In this document: positions 23,270 through 34,575 of the stretch, one piece after another
Layout: each line of letters starts with the position of its first letter
Position numbering within the stretch: position 1 is the first letter of the stretch
Translations under genes and position numbers: made by a program
Source: Ginglymostoma cirratum
Lineage: Eukaryota
Assembly: GCA_024137785.1 (NCBI GenBank)
Contig: JAHRHZ010000036.1
Span: 1,174,333 to 1,238,332, forward strand
Reading direction: 5' to 3'
DNA length: 64,000 nt
Notes under the pieces: model-generated
Told to the model about the DNA's origin: nothing
Database searches by the model: none
The model's input: the letters and a program-made list of their open reading frames with translations, nothing else

Positions 23270-23650
23270 GTGTCCGGAGAATGGGAACTCACCACCTGAA
23301 AGTGGGGTACAGGCAGAAACCCTTGCAACGTTTAAAGGCACTTGAATATCCACTTAAAGTGCCACTACCTACATGGACCAAGTATGGAAATTGCACTAAG
23401 GCTGGATGGTTGAAATAAAACAGAAACCCTCAGCAGGTGCAGAGGTATCTACAGACAGAAAGAAACAGAGTCATAAAGGCGGTGAACACAGAGTATTCAA
23501 AACTTTTGAGGTTAGGTAGATCATTAGAAAGCAAAGAGCATGAAAGGTTATTGGAGGAAGGTTGGGAATGTGGGAGTTAGTTAATCAACCATGATCTTAT
23601 TGAATGGTGCAGCAGCATAAAGAGGCCAGATGGCCTGCTCTGCTCTGTAT
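23270..23650 (+). mobile_element. CR1 3'-end fragments
   Basis: gggaactcaccacctgaaagtg...gcagaaacc and ccatgatcttattgaatgg...tggcctgctctgct 3' UTR motifs. Confidence 0.6.
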
Positions 23651-23884
23651 GAGCCAACACATCCACAACAGGTCAATTTTTGAAAAAACATTCACAGGAG
23701 GCCAGCATTTACTAATGAATGAAACAAAGCAATCCACCCTTAACCTCTTCCGCTGCCCACCCTCAAAATAAACCCACTCGGCACTCACTAGCTACCCCTG
23801 CTGGACAGATTCTGGAAACACAGCTCCCTGAACTGGAAGCAAAGGAAGAACTTCTATGGATAGAGAACCTTAGACGTCAGTATC

Positions 23885-23990
23885 CCATCCAATGAGACAA
23901 TTTTTGAAGCATAGTCATGATTATCATGAAGGAAAATGCAGCAGCTAATTTGCAAAAAGAGGATCCCAAAAGCACAATGCAATAAATAAA
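23885..23990 (-). mobile_element. Deu-domain SINE tail fragment
   Basis: ggaaaatgcagcagctaatttgca...gatccca is similar to 46380-46430. Confidence 0.45.
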
Positions 23991-24029
23991 CGGATGGTAT
24001 GCTTGAATAAAAGCAAAACACTATGAATG

Positions 24030-24250
24030 AAACAAAAACAGAAAGTGCTGGAGAAACTCAACAGGTCTGGCAGTGTTCGCAGACAGAGAAATAGAGTTAA
24101 CCTTTCAAGTCCGATAGGTTTCATCTTCAGAACTGAGAAGTGCTGGAAAGGGGGGATTTTAAGGGGTCGGGTTGGGGAGAAGGAGAGAGTGGAATAGATT
24201 GTGAGAGTGCCCAGAGCAAAAGATATGTTGTGAGTTGTATGCTGATTGGA
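24030..24250 (-). mobile_element. PLE pLTR and 3' UTR fragment
   Basis: aaaacagaaagtgctggagaaactcaacaggtctggcag...gagttaacctttcaagtcc...tcttcagaact. Confidence 0.7.
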
Positions 24251-24699
24251 CCACTGGGAGAACCGCTGCTGTTCTATCTGAAATGGTGTGTGGAAACCTC
24301 CCCCCACCCCACCCCCCGACTGAGAGAGTTCAGTTTAACATTTTTAGAAATGTTGCTCTGTAGCAATCTGATTGCAAAATACAGCATTTGGGAAGCATTT
24401 ATTGCTGGGACCTCAACACCTTGCTTTACACAATTTACATCAGATTAATATTCCAACCAAGCACTGGAAAGGTGAATGTTTTGGGTTCACTTTCATCCGG
24501 TCTGTGAAATGTGAACAAGTGTGAAGTCCCCAGCAGGGGTCAGTATCGGTTTAAAGAAAGCAGAAATCACTCCAAATGCAGCCCCTGTCTGCTGTTAGCC
24601 TGGTGAATGTGTTTGCCTACCCTTACTGCAATGGGTTACACTCAATCACTCTTCCACTGACCAAAGGACAAGACCCGTGACTTCTGGGTATCAGAGATA

Positions 24700-24920
24700 A
24701 ACAATAGAAAATGCTGGAAAGGACTCAGCAGGGTACACAACAATTGGAGAGAGAATAAAACAGACTTAACATTTGAGGTAGACAAACAGGAGGCTGGAAG
24801 AACACAGCAAGCCAGGCAGTATCTGGAGGAAAGGAGCAGTCAATGTTTTGGGTATTAACCTTCTTCAGGACTGGAGGTCAACATTTGAGGTCAACAACTT
24901 GCCGTCAGAAAATGTTTCCG
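24700..24920 (-). mobile_element. PLE pLTR fragment containing a second, nested PLE pLTR (24780-24879)
   Basis: The inner piece is flanked by the 12-bp direct repeat aacatttgaggt (24768-24779 and 24880-24891). Confidence 0.65.
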
Positions 24921-24954
24921 ATGATGCCTGCATCTTGTGAGCAAATAAAAACAG

Positions 24955-25312
24955 GAATCTCTTCATGGTTAGAACTTTTCCCACCTCTGTAACCTCTTCC
25001 AACTGTAGAACCTGCCAGGATCTCTGTGCTCCTTCAGCTCTCACGCTCTGTGCATCCCCGAATTTCAGTGCTTTATCATTGATGACTTTACCTTTAGTTA
25101 GCAGACCTTAAGTTCCGGAATTCCCTCCTAAATATCTCCAAGCTGTTACCTCTCTCCTCCTTTAAGACCCTACTTAAGACCTAGCTCTTTGACCATGCTT
25201 TGGGTCATCTTCTCTAATGGCATCTTATTTGGCTCAGTGTACAAAGGTTTGTTTTATTATGCAGCTGTAAAGTGCCCCAAAACATTCTATTAGGTTGACA
25301 ATGCTTCACAAT
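24955..25312 (+). mobile_element. L2-type LINE 3' end
   Basis: ctctgtaacctcttcc...ggaattccctccta...ctcctttaagacc..acttaagacct.gctctttgacca.gcttt.ggtca...ctgtaaagtgcc. Confidence 0.7.
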
Positions 25313-26129
25313 TTCACTCGTGAATTCAGGAAAATCCTTTTCTCCCTGAATGAGGACTTTCCCATCACAGGAAGTATTTGAGGCCAACAACACTAGATGC
25401 ATTCTAACCAGAGTTAGATAAACTTATGAGGGAGAAAGGAAAAGAAGGGCTTGTGGATGGGGCTAGATGTAGAGATGTGAAAAGACAGTGGAATCTCTTG
25501 TGGATCATAAACACCAGCATGGACCAGCTGAGTGCTGTACAGCAAGTAGCTTCAGTAGCTAGCTCCTAAAAGGTCACAAAGTAACCTGAAACCAGCTAGT
25601 AAGAGAGCCAGTCAAGCTGACGGATCTGAAGGAATAAATATTTCAAGGAGCACAACAGCAAGAGCCTCTAACATTTTGTGAATTGAGAAGCAGGAGGAAC
25701 CGTACTGAGGGGGAATATTTCAGACCCAGTTTGTCAGGATAAAATAAATGCTCTTAAGGCTTAACCCAAAGGAAACGTACAGTGTAACCGTTAAGTCTGG
25801 TCCCTGAGTAACATGATGCAGAGGATTATTCTTTGAATGTTAACAACCCATTTACAGCTTTCTTTTTGCATTGATGTGATGCCAAGGACTTTTTAAAAAT
25901 AAAACCTTTATTCCTTTCAAAAAAAACTACAGTAATTTGAGCACTTGTATGAGAAACTGCTTCTTTTCTTTAATCTGTTCAATGCTTATGAAAAACTAAA
26001 TTTTTTCTGTTAAAATTGGCACAGTTTAGAAAAACCTTTCTGGTCTCGTTCTCTGCCTCCAAATTGCCTACACTGTTAGTACTGACCCTCACTGGGTTGA
26101 TCCTTTGATGCCTCACATATCTGAACTAT

Positions 26130-26226
26130 GATGTGGAGACGCCGGTGTTGGACTGGGGTGGACAAAGTCAAAAATCACATGACACCAGGTTATAGTCCAA
26201 CAGGTTTATTTAAAATCACAAGCTTG
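26130..26226 (-). mobile_element. PLE pLTR fragment (same family as 15563)
   Basis: gatgtggagacgccggtgttggactggggtggacaaagtca...caccaggttatagtccaacaggtttattt is nearly identical to 15563-15655. Confidence 0.85.
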
Positions 26227-26445
26227 CCTGAGCTGTCAACCCAATGTCAAAGGACTCACAAAAGGCTGGAAAATCAGAGATGAATCACTTCCAGCCATCA
26301 CCTGAGGTCCATGTTTTCCTATTCAAAAAATAATAACATTAGTGACTTCTTACGGTGTAGTTTAGAATCAGTGCAAAGCTGAAATCACTTTATACACTGA
26401 CATTACATACACAAGCAAGGTCTGACCTACAGTGTAAGTTCAGGG

Positions 26446-26925
26446 CAGGGTTGCCAACTCTGACAATGTTTATCAGATCAATATAACATGCAATAAGCTT
26501 TATCTGTTAATGACTAGGGCCTCTTTTAGTTGGATCCGGAAGTAGTTTTCCCTTTACCACATTCAACCAAGAATATCCTGTAGTTTCTTGTATTTATGAT
26601 GACAGCAACCTTCATTGTGAGCAGTGGCCTGGAGTCTCAAGGAGTTTGTAGATTCATCTGATACAGGGAGACAACTCAAAGGTGATGCTTTTGTTTCCAC
26701 ATTCTTTTGTTTACTGATTGTAAAAGTATTAGACTAGAGGTAAGATGTTGTTTGGCTAAATGTGAACTGTGATGAATTGGATAATAAGGAGTCTTTTCAC
26801 TTTCTGATTGGCCATTGGAAGCTGGACGATGGACCAATGATAAGTGTGTGGTGGGTGGTGAAGTTGGAGGCAGGTGTTCATGTGATGAGGCCTCCAGGAT
26901 ATGTCCAACAAAAGTTGGGAACCCC
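26446..26925. mobile_element. hAT(Tip100)-like non-autonomous DNA transposon, disrupted by an inverted duplication
   Basis: Terminal inverted repeats (ca)gggttgccaact and agttgggaaccc, with internal cctggagtctc and cctccagg subterminal motifs. The family assignment is from memory. Confidence 0.5.
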
Positions 26926-27148
26926 TTTTCAGACAGGGGCAAATTGGATTTACAAAGTGCTGGGATGTGGGTATAACAATCACTGCTCTGTGTGAGCTAA
27001 TGCCATCATTAGTACAAGAAACTACAGGGCCTTCTCGGTTCGAATGTTGTAAAAGGAAGACTACTTCCTGGTAGTCTGCGAAAAAGAGGCCCTTGTCATT
27101 AACAGATATAGCTTATTGCATGTTATATTGATCTGATAAACATTGTCA
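26461..27148. repeat. Inverted repeat with arms 26461-26626 and 26981-27148
   Basis: The outer 67 bp match with 2 mismatches (tgacaatgtttatcagatcaatataacatgcaataagct...). The inner ~100 bp are alignable but more diverged. Confidence 0.92.
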
Positions 27149-27369
27149 TAGAGACATTGAGGATGAACAGATGTTAGGTCTCTCTCCTTGGATATTCTAA
27201 GCTGTTCTGCTCTCTGGTCCACAAGGCATTGTCATAGTGTGGATGCTGTTGGCTTGCTCAGTATTAACCCTTTCAAACTAATGTACAATAACTTCAATAA
27301 GGCGTCTACTGTTCCCATTTTCTTGGAGACGCCTCTATCCATTAAAGCACCCAGGTACATGGCATGGGA

Positions 27370-28400
27370 CATATTTCGTGTAGGAACTTGGCTTCCATGG
27401 TATGCATGTTGCAACAGTGTGATGCAATGGAGTCATGAACCATGTTGCTGTGGATAGCTTTTGTCGCTGGTACCACCTTCATAATTGCTGAAATACAGCT
27501 GGTACAGCAGACTGAAGGCATCATGACTGGTACCAGGATGTCAACCATTGACTTGCACCTAATACTGCCTATAGTCCACACCAGATGGTCATTAAAGGAG
27601 TAGAAGTTCCATCAATTGGCAGAGTTGATATGCAGTGTTCTTGAAGCAGTGTGCGCTCAGTCAATGACAGCCTGCACCACGGGAAAGATTGCAATCCAAG
27701 CAAACCATTCTGTTCCTTCTGCCTTAACACAGTGTGGAGCTGGAGGAACACAGCAGGCCAGGAAGCATCAGAGAAGCAGGAAAGTTGACATTGCAGGACA
27801 GGAACCTTCTTCAGAAATGTGAAGAAGTGTCCCGGCCCGAAACGTCAACTTTCCTGCTTCTCTGATGCTGCCTGGCCTGCTGTGTTCCTCCAGCTCCACA
27901 CTGTGTTATCTCAGACTCCAGTATTGGCAGTTCTTATTATCTCTGTGCTCCTTCAGCTTTGTTGTCTCTGGCAAATGAGAATGAAATATATGTGGTTCTC
28001 TTTGAGTAAACAACCTCCAAGTGACTTCCCTTATGCAGCAGTGGAGTGCAAGCGAATATCACCAGGACCAGCATGGAAGAAGCCAGACAGGTAAAAGTTC
28101 ATTGCCAGGATTCTTTCACAGTCTCTGGCAATACAGCCCCTGTCCTGCTCTAAGGTGGATGTTGTGGTTGCAATTGTTGGCAAATTTTAGTGAGGACCAA
28201 CTCAATGAAACACGAGGGTCTCAAACATTGTTTTTCACTGAGGTTCAGGCCAAAGAATTTCTTCCTGAGTATCCTGAATGGATATGATCTCCTGCTAAAG
28301 CCCTTCTCACCTTCTTCTTCCATCTATCCTGTTCTTGTGCGACCTGTGCTTATTCTTCCAGGTCCGAGTGGAATGTCTCTTTACATGCCAATGTCCAGGA
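27370..28400 (-). pseudogene. Decayed PIF/Harbinger (HARBI1-like) DDE transposase
   Basis: Minus-strand pieces in the expected order: RRALSRRSYP, LNLSEKQCLR, VLTKICQQLQPQ, LPETVK, AMNFYLSGFF, HCCIREVT, [PLE insertion], FAWIAIFPVVQAVID, YPGTSHDAF, DKSYP, WFMTP, AYHGSQVPTRN. Stops and frameshifts are present. Confidence 0.8.
27725..27944. mobile_element. Palindromic PLE mini-element (inverted pLTR pair) inserted in the Harbinger ORF
   Basis: 27725-27814 is the reverse complement of about 27820-27908. Imperfect flanking repeat tctgttccttctgcctt / tctgtgctccttcagcttt. Confidence 0.85.
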
Positions 28401-28942
28401 GCAGCTAGACTGTGAAGAAGTTAGCAAAATAAAAATCATTCAGCAGCTGCCTCAGTAGTCTCTTTCAACTGTTGGCATAACTAAGGAAAGGTCAAGAAAT
28501 CTGTGGAATCGCAGCAACAAGCTGAAAAAAGAATCAACAGAGTCACTAATTTGTAAATGCTTGTAAAATTGTTTTTAATGTAGCACTGGCATGGATGTAA
28601 CACCTATTTAACTGGGAGATCTTTAACAGATATATATTCAATACAACACACCTTAACCAGGCCATTGAGCTTTAATATGGTAGTGTTGGCGTCATGTGGA
28701 TTGACATCATGGTCTGCTGCTCTGCATGCTTTCAGCAAATGGTCAACATATATGTTTTTGCCAGCGCCAAATGGCATCTGGCATGCTTGGCATCACAAGT
28801 GTGCACAGTCAGTGTATATGGATTGTTTTGGAAATATATGGAAATCTAAAGGCACTTATAGAACCTGAAAAAATGGTCACAGTTAAGCCCAATTTATTCT
28901 TTATCGGGTCACAATGGGTAACAGGACATACATTGCGAATGG

Positions 28943-29137
28943 TTGGTTAGCTCAGTTGGCTGGATCAGTGTAAGGTAATGTGATACCAATGCTGTGGGTT
29001 CAATTACTACATGAAATGAGATCACCATGGCTCCCTGCCTTCTTGGCCTTGTCCCTTATCGTAGGCATGGTAACCATCAGCTTAAATTTACCACCAGTTC
29101 TCTCTCTGTCTAATGGGGCTGCGGTGACTCTATCTTT
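28943..29137 (+). mobile_element. SINE family C
   Basis: ggttagctcagttggctgga...gtgggttcaatt...accaccagt.ctctctct.tctaatg, as at 7735. Confidence 0.7.
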
Positions 29138-29544
29138 ATTTCTGCCTGGCTGGGTCAAAAATTGCAGATGGTATCTGCAATGTAAATACACTCTTGCTGC
29201 CCACCTAATGAGAGACAACAAATCACTCCTTACGTTTTGTTTTTTGAAGCAAATCTTTTGTCCATTAGCTTAATTAAATATTAAGAAGTAAAAATATTGA
29301 CCAAGATTTTCCCATCTGTAATGGAAGAAAAATTAAAATCCAATAGTTGCAAGGCACCAAGGGACAAATAGCAATTCCGATTCATCATAAACAGTAAGAG
29401 GCGAAGAGTTATGAACAACCTTTAGATATGTGTTTTGTTAGTCTCTTGATTACACTTAAGAGAGTAGGATTTAACAGGGTGTTGTCATTGACAACACAAT
29501 AATGTGAATGAGGTGTAACAGAGAGCATTGTATCAAAATCATAT

Positions 29545-29690
29545 AAATACTGTGGCTACAAGCGCAGGTGAGAGAGTGAGATTCCTGCAGCAAGTAACTC
29601 ACTTCCTGACTTCCCATAGCCCGTCCACCATCTACAAGTGAGTCAGAATGCTCTCCATTTGCCTGGATGAATATGGAAACAATGCTCGAA
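29545..29690 (+). mobile_element. CR1/L2-group LINE ORF2 fragment
   Basis: Translates NTVATSAGERVRFLQQVTHFLTSHSPSTIYK, an RT C-terminal region. Confidence 0.6.
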
Positions 29691-30349
29691 TGGCAACAGG
29701 TGTTTTCCTTACACAGAAAAGAAGAAAAACAGGATAATTAAAGGAGTTTTCATCTCATGTCATATATAGATACAGTTTTACTTTTGCAATCATTTAGACA
29801 AATTATCACACATTTGAGGAAAAAAGGATCAGGAGACTCTGTGAGATGCTGAGATGACAATTTGTCAAGTCGCTGCTCATTATTCTCAATATCATTTAAT
29901 GCAGCGGAGGCAACTATGGTAACTCTGGAAACGAAATAATTGGTCGGACTGTGCTATATACGCAGTAGCACACTGTACAATGTTTGTAAATATACATTGA
30001 CAATGTTAAACTACTTTCAGTTGAAAAGTATAGCCGTTTTGAATTTTAATTCAATTGCTGAAAACAGACCTGGACTGATTGTTAGCAGTGAACATAAAGA
30101 TAAATTAGCAGCAGGGTAGTTGGGGTCTCCTGGAGCATCAGTGTGGTTGCTACTGTTCCTAAAGTGGGGACTCCTTGCAGAAGCCCTGGAGCCGTGCTTG
30201 AGACCCAGTTTTAACAGAAGATGAACTCTATTTAAGTAATTTCTTTTTATTCTTTTTGTCACTCAAAATGGAGACAGATTGTGGCGACAAACACTTTTCA
30301 CTGTATCTTCCTAGGTATATGTGACAATAAAATAAAGTATATTTTAAAA

Positions 30350-31090
30350 AAGTGAATACAGCACCAAGAGGCTGAACACCATTTAAAACAAAGCAGCCCA
30401 CTCTGAACGGCACCTTTTTCATCATGTTCAATCCCTCCAGCTCTGAAACACAGTGTACCATAGTCACTACAGCAACTTGCCAAAGCTCTTTCAACATCAT
30501 CTTCCAAATCCATGACCTCCATGGATGCATGGGAGCATCACCACCTCCAGGTTTCTCTTCAAGCCATCCTGATTTGGAATGATACCACTATCGAATCATA
30601 GAATCCCTACATTATGGAAGCAGGCCATTCAGCCAATCGAGTCCACAGTGACAATCTGAAGGGCATCCCACCCAACCCCTGTAACCCTGCATTTGCCACG
30701 GTTAATCTACCTAGCCTACACATCCCTAGGTACTTCAGGGCACTTTAGCATGTCCAATCCACCTAACCTGCACATCTTTGGACAGTGGGAGGAAACCAGA
30801 GCATCCAGAGGAAATCCATGCAGACTCAGGGAGGATGTGTAAACTCCACACAAGCAGTCACCCGAGGGTGGAATTGAACCCGGGTCCCGGGCGCTGTGAG
30901 GAGGCAGTGCTATTGTTTAGCTATCACTGGGTAATAATTGTGGAAATCCTATTCTGATAGCGCTATGTGATTACCTACTGTCACAGATTACTACTGATCA
31001 AAAAGCTGGCCCATACTGCCCTGCATAGAGCAATTGCAATTTGGCAATAAGTGCTGGCCTTGATACTCACATCTCAAGAATGAATTTTAA
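30350..31090 (+). mobile_element. CR1/L2-group LINE 3' end (probable partner of SINE family B), split by HE1
   Basis: caccatttaaaacaaagcagcc...catgggagcatcaccacct..aggtt and the tail gagcaattgc...ggcaataagtgctggcc..ctcacatctcaagaatgaat. Confidence 0.65.
30593..30912 (-). mobile_element. HE1-type V-SINE
   Basis: gaatcatagaatccctac tail; ccaatccacctaacctgcacatctttgg; ggaattgaacccggg. Confidence 0.9.
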
Positions 31091-31249
31091 AAGTATGAAA
31101 CAAAAATGGGCTTTATCAGAGTGTAATGACTGAAAGTATTACAACAAAGTTGGAAAGTGCTATAATGAGAGTGTTAAACAATCGTGGAACTGTTAGAATG
31201 AGATTGAGATGCAATAAACAATTAAAAGTGACACAGGTCATCAAATTTA

Positions 31250-31385
31250 TCAGTTCTGAAGAAATCATATTGGACTCAAAACATTAACTCTGCGTTTCTC
31301 TCCACAGATGCTGACAGACCTGCTGAGTTTCTCCAGCAATTTCTGTTTATTTTTCAAATCTCTAGTATCAACAGCACCTTGTTTT
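31250..31385 (+). mobile_element. PLE pLTR fragment
   Basis: cagttctgaagaa...ggactcaaaacattaactctg...ccacagatgctg.cagacctgctgagtttctccagc. Confidence 0.75.
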
Positions 31386-32114
31386 CAGCAAATATACTTC
31401 TTCATTCCACTTCTGTTTCAGTTCGAGAAGTTAAAATCAAGCAGATATATTTTCTCAAAGGACCAAAACGGTCGGAAATTTGTGTTATCGTGGGGGCTCT
31501 TTAATGAAGCAAGTGTATTGAATAGCTTGAGATTGAACAAACTTTAAAGTCAATCTGACCAAATTTTCGAAGAGCTGAGTGTTTCTCTGCTCCACTCTTT
31601 TTAGAACAGTACGTAATTCCAATAAATTTATTTTGGAGCCCTTTGATTGAGCCTTAATAATAAAGTGACTTTATCCTTAACAGAGACAAGGTTGCTGCCA
31701 CTTGGCCTTCTGTTCAGCTCTTGCACAAACAGATGTGTTACTCCAACTTGTAAATGAGCCATGAAATTTACATCTCCAGAGACTGGCTGACCACAGCTCG
31801 AGCTTATTGACAACGTCACCAAGGGAGTAATTGAGGAGTTAAATGGATTAAACCAATGAGATAAAAGAAGACCGGGAAATTTCAGAAGTTATTTGATTTG
31901 ATGAAGGCGAAAGTCTTAACTGGTCAATAAACTATAGGAATATGCGGCAGTGCAGAAATGGAATGTAGTACCCCATCTAAATGAAGATTGAAATCTAATT
32001 AATTAAATTAAACACAATGAAGATGGCAGGGCAAGTGATGTGCTGCAGCAGAGGAATGTGAGTCCTGGTGGATAACAGTGTGAGCCGCCAGCCAGTTTCT
32101 GCAGCACAAGAACT

Positions 32115-33400
32115 GTGGACACCTCCTTGCAGCAGATGTTATGTGCAGAAACGTTCCCCTGAGACTAATTAAGGTGTGTGCCCCAGTGGTAAAGAGTGGC
32201 TAGCTGTCCTGCAGCAGCTCCCATTGCTGCTGATGACATCCAGGCCAGTCACTTTGGCTCTAGACTTCAACCGCATCATCCATGCGGATGGACGATCCAG
32301 AGGGGCTGAAAGCAAACCGGATGCCACATCCAGAGTTTTTTTTGGAAATGGTAAAAGTCACCAAGCTGCACAATGTCTTCAGCACCTTCACACACGTACA
32401 TGTGGGACGTGCTGTCCAAAATCGGCTTTGGGGAGGAAATCTGCAATTGGATCCCAATGCTCTTCACCAACATCGTTAGGGCGGTCTCAATCAATGGGTG
32501 GGAATTAGAAAGCTTCCTGATCAGATCTCGAGTTAGCCAGGGCGGCCCATTCTCCCCTGCCTTGTTTGTGTGTCGTATAGAGCCCTTTGCTGTGTCCATC
32601 AGGAAGGATGTGAGCCTGAGAGGGGTGACTGTTCCAGGCAGTGGAGGCCTGCAGGTCAATATCTCCCTGTATGTGGATGATGTCACCGTTTTCTGCTCAG
32701 ATCCACCGTCAGTGTGCAGATTCATGAGCATCTGTGACCAGTTCTAAATGGGAGCCAAGATAAATTGATGCAAGGACGAGGCCATTTTCTTAGGGAAATA
32801 GGCTGTCCGATCTTTCCTCCTCTTCACCATCAGGACAGATTATCTGAAGGTGCTGGGAATATGGTTCAGAGGGACTGGGAGTGTGCAAAAACTTGGGAGG
32901 AGTGTATCGCCAAGGATGAGGCAGAAACTGGGTTTTTGGGAGCACCATTCCCTCTCCATTGAGGGTAAGAACCTGTTCATCAGGTGTGAGGTACTCTCTC
33001 TGCTGTTGTACATGGTGCAGGTCTGGCTCATTCCCCAAACCTGCCATTGCAGTCATCCAAGCCATCTTCCACATCATCCAGAGGTCTAAGATGGACCATG
33101 TCCACAGGGCCACTATATGCAAGGCATTGGATAAGGGAGGGAAGAACATACCCACTATCACTGTCATCCTGATGGCCACCTTTGTCTGTGACTGCATCAA
33201 GCTGTGTATGGACTCTCAGTACACAAACACTAAGTGTCACTTCATACTGAAGGTTCTACCTGTCCCCAGTGTTGCGAAGGATGGGACAGGCCTCGGTGTT
33301 GCGGAATGCTCTAAGTAGTGGACCATTCCAAATCACCTTTCCTTCGTGGAGAAATTTGAAAAAAAAGAAACAGCTTTGCCCACAAGTCCATCAGGAAGTG
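32115..33400 (+). mobile_element. Tx1/L1-clade LINE ORF2 relic (APE fragment fused to RT by an internal deletion)
   Basis: APE-like GHLLAADV...LRLIKVCAP and PVTLALDFN. RT SHTYMWDVLSKIGFG..ICNWI, RVSQGGPFSPALF..RIEPFA, SLYVDDV; then YLKVLGIWF and KLGFWEHHSLSIEGKNL. Confidence 0.88.
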
Positions 33401-33740
33401 AATCATGGAATCCCTACAGTGTGGTAGCAGGCCATTCAGCCCACTGAGTCGACACTGAACCTCTGAAGAGCATCCCACCCAGACCCATTCCCCTACCATA
33501 TCCCTGAAACCCTGCAATTCCCATGGCTAACCACCTACCCTACTTACTACAGGCAATTTAGCATAGCCAATCCACCTAACCTGAACATCTTTGGACCGTG
33601 GGAGGAAACCAGAGCATCCAAATGAAACCCACACAAACACAGTGAGAATGTGCAAACTGCACACAAACAGTCACTCAAGGGTGGAATCAAACCCAAGTCC
33701 CAGGTGCATGAGGCAGCAGTGCTAACCACTGAGCCACCAT
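33401..33740 (-). mobile_element. HE1-type V-SINE (left arm of an inverted duplication)
   Basis: Typical HE1 sequence; shares private substitutions with 34700-34987. Confidence 0.9.
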
Positions 33741-33869
33741 AGCACGCTATTAGCTTTACTGGTACAACGTCCTCAGTGATCTGGATTGTTCTATGTTCCT
33801 CCCTCCCTTTTTCCTCTTGTGTTTGTTCTTACTATTCTTGGGATGTTTTCCTTGATCAACGTAATTTTC

Positions 33870-33990
33870 AGAGGAAAGCAGAGCACCCCGAGGAAACCCA
33901 CGCAGACACGGGGAAAATGTGAAAACTCTACACAGGCAGTCGCTCGAGGGTGGTATCAAACCTGGGTCCTTGGTGTTGTGAGGCAGCTCG
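33870..33990 (-). mobile_element. HE1 5' fragment
   Basis: gaggaaagcagagcaccccgaggaaacccacgcagacacgg...ttgtgaggcagc. Confidence 0.8.
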
Positions 33991-34575
33991 CCAACTTAAT
34001 TTCCCATATACATATTTGCTTGTCAATCAGTTAGCAATGCAGCAATTATGATTTTTAAAAAATTCTGCTTTTTAACTTTAGTCCCTAGCTAGTCATGGTT
34101 TGAAAGTCTTTCTTATTTTTATTTATTGTGTTGGTATCCGCATGGACCACAACAATTAGAACCTCACTTTCCCATTCTAAGTTCTCTCCACCCCTGAGGA
34201 GAGGTTCTTACCCCGGCACCAGAGAGACAATGCAGATTTTGAGATTTATGCTTTCGGGCGACACAAAACAGTATATAAACCTTTAAATGTAGTGTCCTCT
34301 ACAGTCATTATGTCGTATAGCAATATCTACAGTACAGAAAAAAGCCAGTTTGCCAGTCAAAAACAAGCACCTAGCTATTCTAATCCCATAATTCAGTCTA
34401 TGTATTTCACTTCTCCCCACCTGATTGGGTTCCTGCCCCATGATGCTGCGGATAACTTGTTCATTCTCCCTGCAGTCCCTGCCCCCGTCCATGCAAGTTG
34501 AAAGAACCCGTTGGATCATTGCAAGGACTGGCTCAAAGATTTGTGCGTGAGAAACGGGTTTTGGTTCACGGGGGA

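Noticed and set aside
26461-27148. Reading the inverted arms as the TIRs of a single MITE
   Set aside because: There is no TSD at the outer ends, and the left arm interrupts a different element whose own termini are at 26446 and 26925. An inverted duplication fits better.
28290-28360. Minus-strand VAQEQDRWKK resembling an RTE C-terminus
   Set aside because: It is collinear with, and better explained as, the N-terminal region of the Harbinger transposase.
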